Positions 10,233 through 22,212 of a stretch of 64,000 bases of DNA are shown piece after piece. Made by a program: the position numbers and the translations under genes. The notes under the pieces are model-generated. The model was not told where the DNA came from. It did no database searches and was given only the letters and a program-made list of their open reading frames with translations. Source of the DNA: Spirogloea muscicola (Eukaryota); the NCBI GenBank assembly GCA_009602725.1, contig WELB01000002.1:2048775-2112774 (forward strand). Direction: 5' to 3'. Position 1 is the first letter of the stretch. Each line of letters begins with the position of its first letter.

Positions 10233-11721
10233 CTAGGTAGGCTGTGAGAGGACATCTTCAATAAGGTCTCGGTACGGCTTGTAATACCTGTTCACACAGA
10301 CATTATGGAGAATCACAGAGTTTGCTTGCCTTTTGCGCAGCGCCACACTATTGGACACACACAAGTGTAGTGAAACATCACATTGTGGGCGTCCTCTGCA
10401 CGGAGAATACAAATGCCAAGCACCTTGTCTTGGCCTGTATAGACACTAATTAAATGCCATAATTGACTTGTCAACCTTGCTAATGAGACATCGTGAGGAT
10501 CTATGGAGTCACGAGGACAGACTGTATACCAGGCGCGAAAACTGCACTCCCACCATTCAATGACAAAGCTTTCCTCCAAGAACTCAAACAAGTGAGGGAC
10601 CCTAGGAGAAAATGGTAAGTGCGACACATTAGTGTTCCAACGTAACACAGCTTAGTACGTGTTTTCTTGAAGGTGTGCTGACAACGCGACGCAGTAAGGG
10701 AAAAGCAAGCTCTGGGGCAGATTTGTTCAGCAAGACCTGTAGATCAAAGGGAGACGACATGTGACGGAAAGTATTGCCCCTGATGCGTCATTTTGTGTTG
10801 ACAACAATTGCTGTTGACACAAGGAGTACCTGGGAGGAATGGTGATGAAAGTGTTGCTCCCTTCAAAGCTGAGCACCTTGTCGGTCCCTAGGGTGAGGTC
10901 CTGTGAATGAAGTAGCTCGTCTCTTTCAGGAATTTGCCAGCAGCTGCGTCACTCCTTGACACTCTGCGCTTAAAGACCACTTTGTGGCGCTGCTGCTGAC
11001 AATTCTGTAGCTCACATGCAGGTGCAAGTTGGTGCGGCCACGAAGTAGGATGTCAAATTGAGTGCAGTTGTGGATGTCACCGCTGCGCTTTTTCCCAGCC
11101 TTGGTCTGGAGGAGGTTGACAACAACTCCTCCACCCATCTGGGCACAGTGGCCTCAACGCCCGGTCAATATGTGACGCCCTTCTGTCCTCGCCGCGGTGC
11201 CATCGGCAAGCGAGAGACTTGTGATGTGCAGGCATCGGCAACTCACGGCGACTCTCATAATCCTGCCGCGGTCGTCCTCGTAGCTGGCCAGCTGCAGGGG
11301 CATGCCAAGCGCGCAATGTCGGCAGCTTCACGCTCAGCGTGGACCGATCCCGCTCATGTTCTGGTGGACTGCAGTTGTGTGTCACAGCACCACTGTCTGG
11401 GTGCAGGCAGCAGGTGAGGCAGGTAGGATGGCGGCCTTGGCCGGGCAGCGTACGCCTGGGCGTCGTGGCTGCCACGGCAGTGGCTGGAGAGCTCGCCTGC
11501 CCGAAGTGGCGCAGCTGGTCCGACGGCATGGAGGGCAGCGGCGCGGCACGGACGCCAGCGAGGGAGGCGAAGTGGGACGGGCCCGGGGGCCAGCCCAGGT
11601 CGCCCGGCGGCGGCCAGGGGGCGCGGCGGCTGAGCGCGAGGTGGGCGACCAGCGCCAGGAGCGCCAGGCGTTCCGCGGCGCGCAGCCAGGCGCAGGGCGC
11701 GCCCCGGGCCATGCCCGCCAT
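10233..11721 (-). CDS. Uncharacterised cupin-fold (RmlC/FdtA-like) protein with N-terminal hydrophobic anchor
   Basis: In-frame GT-AG exons 11291-11247, 11138-11016, 10900-10830, 10601-10530 and 10287-10233 give LASYEDDRGRIMRVA-MGGGVVVNLLQTKAGKKRSGDIHNCTQFDILLRG...FITIPPRVPHLFEFLEESFVIEWWECSFRAWYYKPYRDLIEDVLSQPT-stop. The 5' exon structure is uncertain. Confidence 0.75.
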
Positions 11722-11769
11722 TACGGGTCCTGATATGTAGTTTTCCCTTATTCGGCACCGCTTTGTGGC

Positions 11770-12530
11770 CTTTGTGGCCTGCGGATATTGTCCATATTGC
11801 GGGTTTTCTGGGCTGGCTTTGCTAGCCCCTCTTTTTCTGTGGGCGAGGCATTTCTATGCCCGCCGCCCTTCCCAGCCGCTCGCCGTGCCTCGCCCCTTGG
11901 CCTGCAGTCTCTCTCTCTTGATATGAGCTAAGTGGAGTGTGTACTGAGTGATGAGAATGCGGCTGCTGATATCAAAAGAGCGGCTGTGAAAGGCCAGCCA
12001 GATGCACACAAGTGTTCATGACGGAGCCACGGGCTAGGCAGACAGGGCGCTTCTAGTAACCCCCGTGCCAGCAGTAGAAAGTCAGATGAGCTGAGGGGAG
12101 GATAGTAACCCTGCTGCGCAGGCCAGAGGCTACTGCAAGGGCCCGACTGGCTCGGCGATGCAAAGCAAGCGCTTGGGACCGTTGTAGGGACATAGATAAG
12201 CTGTGTGTACTGAGTGATAGAGGGCCTGAGTGGCCAAGTACAAAGGCAAGCACATTGACAAACGTACATCATCTGCTGCTCAGCTGACCCGCTCAGTAAC
12301 CACGAGTCAGCAAACATAGAGGTCCCTGACTGATGCCCAAATACCGGACGGCAAGTGGCAAGCAAGGGCTCGACCAGCTAAGGCTCGACCAGCTTCTTGG
12401 TGCAAAGCATGCCAGAGCTCGCAGCCGGTCTTTTCCTCCTTTCGTAGGCTTCTTTGCGAAAGCCACTTTCGCCTTTCGTGGGCTGGCTTTCCACAGCCCT
12501 CGCCCCCGTTAGATATGCTACTTCCCTTCC
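11770..12530. mobile_element. Cluster of three CRE-like 3' ends upstream of the cupin gene
   Basis: + tail hairpin at ~11810-11828. Minus-strand ORF end (LQRSQALALHRRASRAL...DFLLLARGY) plus tail at ~11950-12250. + hairpin at ~12480-12499. Confidence 0.7.
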
Positions 12531-14197
12531 CAGCTAACCTCCCATGCGCAGTGGACATTTACGACGGTTACAGTAGCAAGTGGTCCTCCCGCACCGTGCA
12601 CCTTCTCTCCCTCCTCCTCCATCGCCTGGCCCACCTGGTCGACGCATGCCGTCATAGTGGGGCCGAAAGCTTGAGGCATACTAGGGTCCCGCAAGCATAA
12701 TTTGCTCTTTACGCAATGCAACTCTGCACTTCCTCTGCAGCATTCCCACACACTAGCCAGACATCATCGTACTGGGTGGGCACTAAGTCAGGCCAGTGGC
12801 TCGCGGTATGGTCCTTTGGCGCCCCATGTGAGCCCATGCAGATATGTATGGGCTCACTTGTGGTACAAAGTCCTCATTCAGTGGTGTTTTCCAGCTTGTT
12901 TACCTTAGCGCCTCTTCTAGTTTCCAGCTTGTTACCTTAACGCCTCTTCTATACCTTTTGTTCTTCCTACAAATATTGTTCGGCTAGTTCTGGCCTCCCC
13001 ATCATTCCATGTTCACCATGCGACTGGCCCGTGTGCTTCCACCACAATGTACTCGCTTAATTGACCTTACTTTCAGGTCATGTGCACTGCGCGTAATGCC
13101 CCCCTTCACATTTTGTGGCTCACTGCAGCTCGTACTCGGACCATCGAAACAATGCACTCATGAGCAGACTATGTCTGCTTTCACTGAGCTGGCCTTCCAC
13201 ACGTTTTCACTGGAAAAGCCTAGGGTTTAGGATCGTAGGCATAGGGCTTTGCTTTGTGTAGCTTCAATCTTTGCAGTAGCAGCAGCCTGAACGGTGTAGT
13301 TGCTCAGTATGCCTCCCTTTCAGATTCTCTGCGCACAGCAAGTCTTCTCTCTATTTCTACTTCCTGCTGCTGAGTACTTCGAGCTGCGGTTGTTGACTAG
13401 AGGTTTTTGAACACCCAGTTCTGGGGAGCCGCTTGCGTAGCTGCATGACTTCCAGCCCCCTTGGCACCTATCTTTTCCTGTTGGGCTGACCTTTCACTGC
13501 CATCACCTTCCTCAGTAGGGCTACTTCTCAAGGGTGCCTGCTCATGGTGTTCGACCAACTCCAACCCAAGTCCTGGAGCAACAGGCAGTGCGCCATTCCG
13601 GCTGAGGTTGCGCAGCCAAGCAAGCCGAGCCCGTTGCTGCCCACATAAGGGCCGACAGCGACCAATGCTCATGAAGCCAGCCCGCGCAGGAAGAGGTTGA
13701 GGCAGCCAGACCCACAGCTGCGTGTAAGGGCCTTTTATGGGGGGACCTGCACTTTAGTGCATGACATGACACACTGCACGTAAAAGCAGACAAACGGTGA
13801 GCAGAGCAGCAGCCTCAAGGTCCTTGCTCTACCTGTACACGCATGCAGAGTGCAAGCACAGGCTCCAAACCGATGGAGTACGAGCAAAAAAGTGGCTCAA
13901 GTGGACAAGTGGAAAGGGCAATGGCTGTCAATGGCCAGCCTGCAAAGAATGGGAAACATCATGCAAGGACTTAAGGTGAACACCACGAGGGTGCACCTGC
14001 ACACCAAAATATGGGCCAGACTGACTGAAGTGTGTGGCAAACAGCAGGGGCAGATGGCTGCATAACGGCAGAAAAAGAAAGTGCGAGTCACACCAGAAAC
14101 AACCACAATCCAGGAGCGCCAAGAGATCATAGAAGTTGAGGAGCAGGCGGCTTCCACCAAGCAAAGCTGCTTGCAAGCTCCTCAACCAGACTCCTCG

Positions 14198-16462
14198 TCA
14201 TTGAATCACCAGCTTCTGTTGGGGCCTAGGTGAGCTGCCCACATGCCAGTGGTATAAGTCTGACAGCGCTGCCACATATCGCGCATGAAACTCGTCTACA
14301 GACTCGCCCGTTTGGTGAAACACCGGCTCTCCTATCGCCACCAGCAAATGCCTGCCGCACAACCACACCTTTCTTGCCTTTCAACAGGCTGTCATTGCAG
14401 CTCAAACTCAATATGCACCCGTAAAAGGTGCACACATTGTGCCAACAGCAGCATAGTGACAATCAGGATAACTTGTGCACAACCTACAAAGCCAAGGCTA
14501 GCTGAAAATTGTCACCTCCGGAATGGCATGGGCAGATTCCAGATGCCGCGCATGAACGGCGCCCCCACGTTGATATATTTGTTCACGCGCTCCCAGAATC
14601 GCAGCAGCCATAGAGGCTCATGCTTGAACAGCTGACATTTCAAACCTCAGGAACCTCAGAAACAACCATCAATGTCCAACTAGTGGAGAATGCAGCGAGC
14701 TTCGAAGGTGCAGAAAGGAGGACGAGTCAGGCTTCAACATTTACTGCCTCATGCACCTCCCTGGCTGTCAAATCCTTGTAGAGTCATCATTCATCATTGA
14801 GACCTCGGTCGAGATTGCCACCATCTATCAACTCGAGATGAATGTTGTTGGGAGCTCTCAGCTCACCTCGTTCTCGTTGAAGTGATAGATAGGAATGACG
14901 CCCGCATTTTCCTGCATTGCTATTTTGATGAAGCCTTTTCTGCAGAGCAGCTCGCCAGGTCCTTGCAGGAAACGTGAGAGGCCACGCTTGTTGATGCCTG
15001 GGCTCTGGAAGTGCTAAGGGCATGTCACTGAGGACCCGGGCAGCGCAAGCAGCCATGTTAGCTGCCGATGCTTTCAGACACCAAGCGAGGGTGGCAGTCA
15101 AAAGCAACCTTCTCAAAAGGTACAAGGAATCAGTGTCCTCCGAAGTCCCCAGGCACACTTCCTTGACTCCGCCAACCATTATCGCCACCTGAGATGTGGC
15201 ATTTGGGCTTGACACTCAGAGGCTTGCCCCAGGTTGCATGCGAGACTGCAACCGGCCCGACGGTCCAATCGCCAATGAGAAGGTGAGCCAGGTTGTGCAA
15301 CATTGACGTACATGATCTCCCCCCCGTAGCTTGCGAGCAATACTTTTTCTGTCAGCAGGTACAATGCCGACTGCATGGAACACGTTGCGGACAATTGGCA
15401 CAAAGAAAAAACCATCTGCTGCTGCAAGAAACATGTCTCCTGTGGAGAAGCCAGCAAAAAGGCAGGATTAGATCGTCCACGGGCCTGGTTTAACTGCGTG
15501 GCAGCAGCAAGCTTCTTCGGCCAACATATTCTAATCCAGAGTTGCTCCCCACGCCTTGACTCAGCCTCTTGCCCTAGGCCTTCCAGCATCGCGCAGCAGC
15601 CATGCAAATACGCCCGCACCATGGGGTAGTATCTTCTTTCTCCAGCTCTGGAGCTGCATCAGTACCCCATTGCTGTAGAACATGCGGCCATGCGGATGGC
15701 ACGCCAGAATGTACGCGTGGTCACCAGGGAACTCCCTGTCAGGGGCCACCCACTTCATTGAGAGCATATACCCGGCCAGCGGCCTGTAAAGGACCTGAAG
15801 AGGGTAGGAGCGGGCGCTCTGAGTGGAGGTCCAGAAGGTGAGCCGCGCCCATGCCCAAATGTGGCAGCGTTGCGGCCATCTCTTGCAACAAGGCAGCCAC
15901 TCGACCCAGACAGACGCTGAAGGTGGGAGCTTGCTCGGAAGCAGCTCCACCGAGAGGGTGACGGATCGAGCTTGCTCGGAAGCAGCTCCACCGAGAGGGT
16001 GACGAATCGAGCAAAAGCGCCATCACCCACACCTGCAAGCACTTGCGCATGCTCGGCGAGTATAGCGGCGGGACCGCGAGCAGGGCTGCCATGAACGTGA
16101 AGTAGGCAGCAAGGGCCGTCCAGCCGAAGGCCCTGTGCCGCGACAGGCGGCAGCGCAGGTGAGTGGAGGCAGTGGGCCCCCTCGGGTGCGTGTGGCCCGG
16201 CAGGGGCGTCGGAGCCCTCTCCTCCCCCTTCGGCGGCTCCGCAGGGTGGCCAGCGGGGCTCGGCGCGGGGCGCGCACCGGAAGGAGAGGCGGAGGAGGGC
16301 GGCGGTGGCGAGGAGGGGCGCGAGCGTGAAGGGCAGCATGTGGTAGAGCAGGACGACGGAGGCGTCCCGAAGGAGCGGCGCGCGCCGGCCGGCGGGCAGG
16401 AAGTCGCGCGCGCGCCCGTCGTGCGCCTCCTTGGCCGCGCTCTCCGCGCCGGCGGGCGCCAT
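14198..16462 (-). CDS. DGAT2: DGAT2/MGAT-family acyltransferase, multi-exon
   Basis: YILACHPHG active-site motif. Further exons read FFVPIVRNVF, VAIMVGGVKE, RKGFIKIAMQENAGVIPIYHFNENELF, PMPFRRHLLVAIGEP and VDEFHARYVAALSDLY. Family-level call; substrate not determined. Confidence 0.9.
15927..16012. repeat. 41-bp tandem duplication in a DGAT2 intron
   Basis: GAGCTTGCTCGGAAGCAGCTCCACCGAGAGGGTGACG at 15927 and 15968. Confidence 0.9.
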
Positions 16463-16549
16463 GGCGCCGGAGCTGGGCCGAGCGGCGGCTGCTGGGGGCC
16501 GAGGGGCGGCCGGCAGCGAGCTGCGGCTTGGCCACACCGGGGGGGGGGG

Positions 16550-16639
16550 NNNNNNNNNNNNNNNNNNNNNNNNNNNNNNNNNNNNNNNNNNNNNNNNNNN
16601 NNNNNNNNNNNNNNNNNNNNNNNNNNNNNNNNNNNNNNN
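16550..16639. other. Assembly gap (N run)
   Basis: Run of Ns after poly-G. Single Ns at 22212 and 26147 probably also mark gaps. Confidence 0.95.
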
Positions 16640-16744
16640 GCGGCCTCCCCTCGGAAGCCCCCGCCGCGTCTCCCCCCTTCCACCGCGCCGCTTCGCCGCC
16701 ACGCCGGGGCCCTCCACTGCACCTTCTCTCCTGGCCTCTGGCCT

Positions 16745-16866
16745 CCTAGCCTCTTCAGGCCCCGCAGTCGCTGCTTAGCTCGTAGTTTGGCCCCTTCGAA
16801 CCTTGTCAATTCTTTTCGGGCTGGCTTCTCACAGCCCTTGCCCCCTTTGGGAGAGCCACTTCTTCT
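16745..16866 (+). mobile_element. CRE-like 3' tail between divergent genes
   Basis: Near-identical reverse complement of 5220-5337. Hairpin at 16818-16837; ends GAGCCACTTCTTC. Confidence 0.75.
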
Positions 16867-16976
16867 GGCGGCCCATCTTGCCCCCGTCGGTACAAGCCAC
16901 ACTTTATCCCGCTACAACCAAACCCACCCTTCTCACGACCACCGCCGGCGCTGCCCGCCGACCCGAGCGCGCCGCC

Positions 16977-17463
16977 ATGTCCCCCGCCGCGCTCGCCGCC
17001 AGCCCCGCGCTGCTGGCCCAAGGCATCGGCTTCGTGGCTGGCGCCGTGGCCTTCAAGGCCCTCCTCGACCGCGACAGCGCCGCCGCGTCCGTGGCCTCCA
17101 ACCCCTGCCCCTCCTGCCACGGCTCCCGCACCGTCCCCTGCCTCTGCACCAAGTACGCCCCGCGCCTCCGCCGCCACGCCTGCCACCTCCCCGCCACGAG
17201 CCCGAAGAGCGGCTCCTTTGCTTCCCTGACGCTGCCCGTCACTCCTCCCCGCTGCCGGCCCTCATTTCGCCAACTGCTTTCGTCTCACCACTATTGCCCG
17301 GCCCTGTGGGAAATCTGGCAGGTGGTCGGACAACGACGTTGGGTGCAGCTCCTGCGGTGGCAGCGGACGGATGAGCTGCAGGAGCTGTGGGGGCAGTGGG
17401 ACCCGAAAACCGCTGCCAGTGCGCATTGACGCCCGCAATATGAAGGGCCGGAGTGGGCTCTGA
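16977..17463 (+). CDS. DnaJ-like zinc-finger (CxxCxGxG) protein, two exons
   Basis: Exons 16977-17152 and 17322-17463: hydrophobic N-terminus then CPSCHGSRTVPCLCTKWSDNDVGCSSCGGSGRMSCRSCGGSGTRKPLPV. Confidence 0.88.
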
Positions 17464-18356
17464 GGCCACATCTTGCGTGGGACGATGCCAGACATCCCAG
17501 CTCATCGCTGGTCTGTCTAAAACGGTCTCTGTGTTGGCCTGGGCCCGCTCTTCCCCGTCCTGGTGCCAGCGCGACTAGACTAGTCTATCTGCGCCAGCGC
17601 ACTCGGCAGCCATTGCATAGATGCCCCCTTTGAAGCATACTTGCGCATTGCAAGCCCCTATCTGATAGTCAGTGCTTGAAAGCACTCTATGGCCTCCGAC
17701 CTTCGCATTGAGGGGTGTCCCGGAGGTTTTTGCTAGATCTGCTGGCCTCTTACCCTGGCACGCATGTGTACTTGTGGCCGAATGTACATACTAGAGAAGT
17801 GGCCCAGCCCTAATTGAATTGCAAACAGATTCATTGCTTGCCCGACCAGTGTACCACTTAGACTCGGTTCGCCTCTATGGCACACTTTGTTGGCACAGTC
17901 ATGGCTAGTTTGTCAATGATGGATTGATTATGCCTGTATCCTGCTGAGCAGTCACTCTCCTACCACCGTAAAAGCCTGGTAATCACGCTCGGCCGCCATC
18001 ACATGAAATTGCAGAGGTCAAAGCAAGGAAACGGCGACTTGTCCAAGCAATTTGCGTTTGCTTGGCAACAAATTGAGGTAATGTCCTCTATGATAACATC
18101 GTCTGTTAGGTCCTTTCATCGGATATATGGCAAGAGGTAAATGGAAGAGCATTCACATATTCAAGGAAAGGATAAACGCTGCCGATAAGAAATTGCAATT
18201 GGAAGGACATCGTGTTGCAGATGAACACAAAAGATAGCACATCCAGTCCAAGAGATCAATGACTTTTACTGAAGATGGGCAATGGTAGTGCTTAGGAGGA
18301 CAACTGCGAAATTAGACTCAATGTCTATGATCAAGAGTCGGTAGGTAGCCAGTCAC

Positions 18357-21300
18357 CTAGGACTTGCTACCTTGTTGCAAGTGACGGAAGACAAGCATTC
18401 GCATAATTTCATTTGTGCCTTCCAATATGGTGTGCACTCTTAGATCCCTAACATACCTCTCCACCTGTGCCAAACATGTCATGATTGGAGCAATTCAGCT
18501 ACAAGTAGACTCTTCAAATTTAAGACTAACAACCTTTACGGAAGATCAATGATAGTTGCAACCTTTTCATCATGTTCAGCTTAGGGTGCTTCTCACCTTA
18601 AGTTGACAACGTTGAACACCAAAACTGAGACACTGGTTTCATCCTCACCGGATAATCTTGAAGATAGCCATAGCCTCCATGAAGCTGCAGAGCATCATTG
18701 CACACATGGAAGCATCCGTCTGTTGCATATCTGTTCAGATTAATTGACAAAATTAGTATAGGTACAAATAATCACAATGAACCCAGTGGATGAACGATGC
18801 CAATGACGAAGTGTTGCAGGGCAACAATATACCACTCATGCCCGAGCTCACCAGATGATGTTGTGACCATTTATGCAAACAAGCCACAAATGGTGTAATG
18901 CAAGCTGCTCAAAGGCAGCAAGATAGCTCTAGGTTCGTGCATGTGCAAGCCAATCCATCTTGAACACACCTTTTCGCCATGGCAGCCGCTGCTGTTGCCC
19001 AAGGCACACCAGCGTCTAGTGCAGTTGCAGCATTCTGGACCATCAAGCGTGCAGCCTCGACAATTGTAGCCATATCTGCCAGCCTGAACTGGATCGCCTG
19101 ATTCCCTGCTATAGATTTCTTGAACTGCAGCCAGCAGCAGCAAAAACAGGTCTCTACTGTACATCATGTACGGCACCTGGAACTTATGGGCGGACAGAGA
19201 TACTTGGAATGCTCCATCTTGATGTAGGAGCAGCAGAGAAGATCCGGCTACCTGATGGCGTATGTGCGTGTACTCCAGCGCTGTATCTAAGCAGAACTGC
19301 GCACCACCCACGCTGTAACCAATAGTCTAATGAGCGACACTTTCCATTACGCAAGCAAGCTCCATAGTCATGTGCATGTGAAACTCAGCAGTCCTGCTCA
19401 ATCACAGACCTGCAGGCAGCAATGTTGACTCGCCCTCCATCAAGGCCAGTCATTGCGATCTGGAAACCTTTGCCCTCCCCACCTAACAAGTTCCTTTTTG
19501 GAACTTGCACATTGTCAAGGTTGACCTGCCAAGGAGACCGCCGAATCTGTCAGAGCTCTAATCTAACAATAGCTCCAGCTATGTATTCCTGTTTTTGTGA
19601 CAAGCCAAGCCAATTGCAACTTCCCTCCACTCCAAGCCTACCGTGTGCAACACCTCCTTGAATGTTGGGAGCTCACAGCAGCAGTGGGCTGGGAGTTCCA
19701 TCCCATCTTCTTCTCCTTTTTGCCAAATGACAATCCCGTCATGCCCTGGAGAGGCAGTACTCCTCAGAAGAAAGTACGACCTGAGCATTGTGCACAATTT
19801 GCGACAGCTTAACTTCAGGGGTCCTCTGCAGTGTGATTTTCGGGAAATTGCTCACCTTCTCAACAACGAAACATGATATGCCTCCTGCCCCTTCTTCTCC
19901 AGTCCTCGCCATGACCAGGTACACATCAGACACGCCCCCTCCACTTATAAAAGCCTACAACAGAAACAATGTGTTGGCACAGACTGCGCTGGTAAGCTTC
20001 AAGACGACCTGCAGCCACCTTCTTGAAGAATCCAATCGGCAGACACCCTTGGGACTTGTACTCTACCTCTGCAAGGCGGAGTAATCAAGCCCAGGGATAA
20101 AGGAGTATGATGCCCTCACCTTACTTCCATTCAGGACATAGTCGCTGCCAGCTGCCTGTTTCCGAGCTGTCGTCTGCAGATGAAGAAAAGCTCTATGCTC
20201 TGGTTAGCACCAGTGCCTAGGAATACGTTAAGATAGGACCTATTTGACACGCCCCTGTGGGCATACTCTATTTATCTGCATGGTGACAGAGCTAATAGTC
20301 CATGCCAGATCATTCTGCTCGTAGTAAGCTGCCAGGACGTGGATGCTGTAGCCTATCTACTCAAGGATCGCAGTCTACCACTCGTATAGGGAGCGATTGG
20401 CAAGCGTGCTACTGCTGAAGGACTCAAACAAGCGGAGGGGGGTCAAGTGTGTAAGAAGCTAACTTGGAGCGATGCTGCATCACTACCGCTCCCTGGCTCT
20501 GTCAAACAGTAGGAGGAGAGAAGGTCCTATTCACAAGGAGCATGGTGACATCACCAGCTGATGGGGAGTCAGGCAAAATGTGCACGACTGACATATGTGC
20601 GCCAACTGTGCCAACAACTCAGCCACCAACTAACTGCAAACTGCCTCGCTTTCTACCCAGTGACCTTCAAGAACAGAGCTGACAGAGCCAAGATGCAAAG
20701 CAGTAGAGGTTATGATGAGCAAGAACTAGGGTCTGCTAGCAACAGCTACAATCAGCAGATACTTCGGACTGTGACAATATCCTGCTCGTAGCTCTAGGTT
20801 CGTCCCTGAAGCAAGTTTCGTATAGATTCGTAACAGAACGGCTCAGGTATGCATAAACTGCATCGACTCCGGTCAGGACTCACCATAGTGGTCAGAGATG
20901 GGAGCCAATGCTTCCGCTGGTCCTCTGTGCCGAATCTAGCACGGTAGCACGAGCACGAGGAGACAAGAAAGGGGTGAACTGAGATGCTCAGTCAAGATAG
21001 AGCTCTGGATGCCACCATAGCAACCTAAGTGCTATGCTGGACTACACGGCAACAGTGACATATGTCCCTGTTGTTAAAGTGTACAGCACGGCGACAGTAT
21101 GTCCTGCACATACCTGTCAAGCATTGAGCAGCACATGTTGTGGATCGTCAAGTACGCGGTTGTGCTGACGTCGCCGTAAGCAAGTGCCTCGAAGATGACG
21201 GCAGCGTCCGCGCGGCTGACACTGAGCGAAGCATGCATTTGTGACAAGTCACATGGAGCGTACACAGCAGTCACTGCATATCAAGCTGTGCTATGCGCAC

Positions 21301-21880
21301 GCAACTCTCTGCCGGCAAAGCTCTGCACGCTGACTATCAAGCATTACCGGTTGGAACCTGTTGCAGGGTTCAGGTGGCCAGAGTGAAGAAGGGAGAGGGG
21401 CACGAGCAAGCCGCCGCTCCCCCACCTGCTCCCTCCGACGTCGTCGCGGCAGTAGAGGCCCCCGAAGCCCAGAGCTGCTGCTCTACGGAGGGTGTCGACG
21501 GGGAAGTGCTTCTCCTCGTCCCATCTGGCAGCGTGAGGCAAGAGCTCCTTGCTCGCAAAGTCCTGGGCCAGCAAGCGGGGCGACTCATCCTACTTGCAGG
21601 CTGGCGGATGACAGGGCGTGGACGGGCATCGCGCACCAGACGCGGTGGTGGCCGAGCTCAAGGGCCAGCAACGAAGGGGGCCGCTGCCAGCGGTCAAGGC
21701 GAGGAGACTAGGAGGACTCGACGGGGAGACGGCGGGCTCGCCCACCTGCGCGACGGAGCGGAACTGGAGCTGGTCGGCGGAGAGGCCGTGCGCCGAGGCT
21801 GAGGCGGAGGCGGAGAGCGCCCGCGCGGGCGCGAGGCGGGCGGCGGCGGCGGCGGCGCGGCGCAGCAGCGGCGGCGCCAT
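18357..21880 (-). CDS. ACAD8: Isobutyryl-CoA dehydrogenase (mitochondrial acyl-CoA dehydrogenase), multi-exon
   Basis: Transit peptide; [121 protein letters not shown]. Confidence 0.93.
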
Positions 21881-21923
21881 GGCGGATGCGGGAGATGACC
21901 GGGGTGGCGAGGGGCGAAAAAGG

Positions 21924-22211
21924 AAGCGACTGCTGAAATGAAAGAGTCGGCTGTGAAATGCCAGCCAGATGCATACAGGTGTTCATGACGGAGCCAAAAA
22001 GGCTAGGCAGACAGGGGCGCCCTCAATACCCCCGTGTCAGCAGTAGGAAGTCAGATGAGCAACGAAAGCGGCTGCTGAAATGAAAGAGTCGGCTGTGAAA
22101 TGCCAGCCAGATGCATACAGGTGTTCATGACAGAGCCAAAGGCTAGGCAGACAGGGCGCCCTCAATACCCCCGTGATGAGCTGAGGGGAGGAAGAGCAAC
22201 CCCGCTGCGCA
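21924..22211 (-). mobile_element. Two tandem CRE-like 3' ends (~142-bp period)
   Basis: Both copies match 11955-12120 and 33855-34010. Hairpin GGCTGGCATTTCACAGCC on the minus strand. Confidence 0.75.
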
Positions 22212-22212
22212 N

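Noticed and set aside
12540..14100. Possible additional gene between the tail cluster and the DGAT2 3' end
   Set aside because: No consistent exon chain or recognisable protein motif was found by eye.
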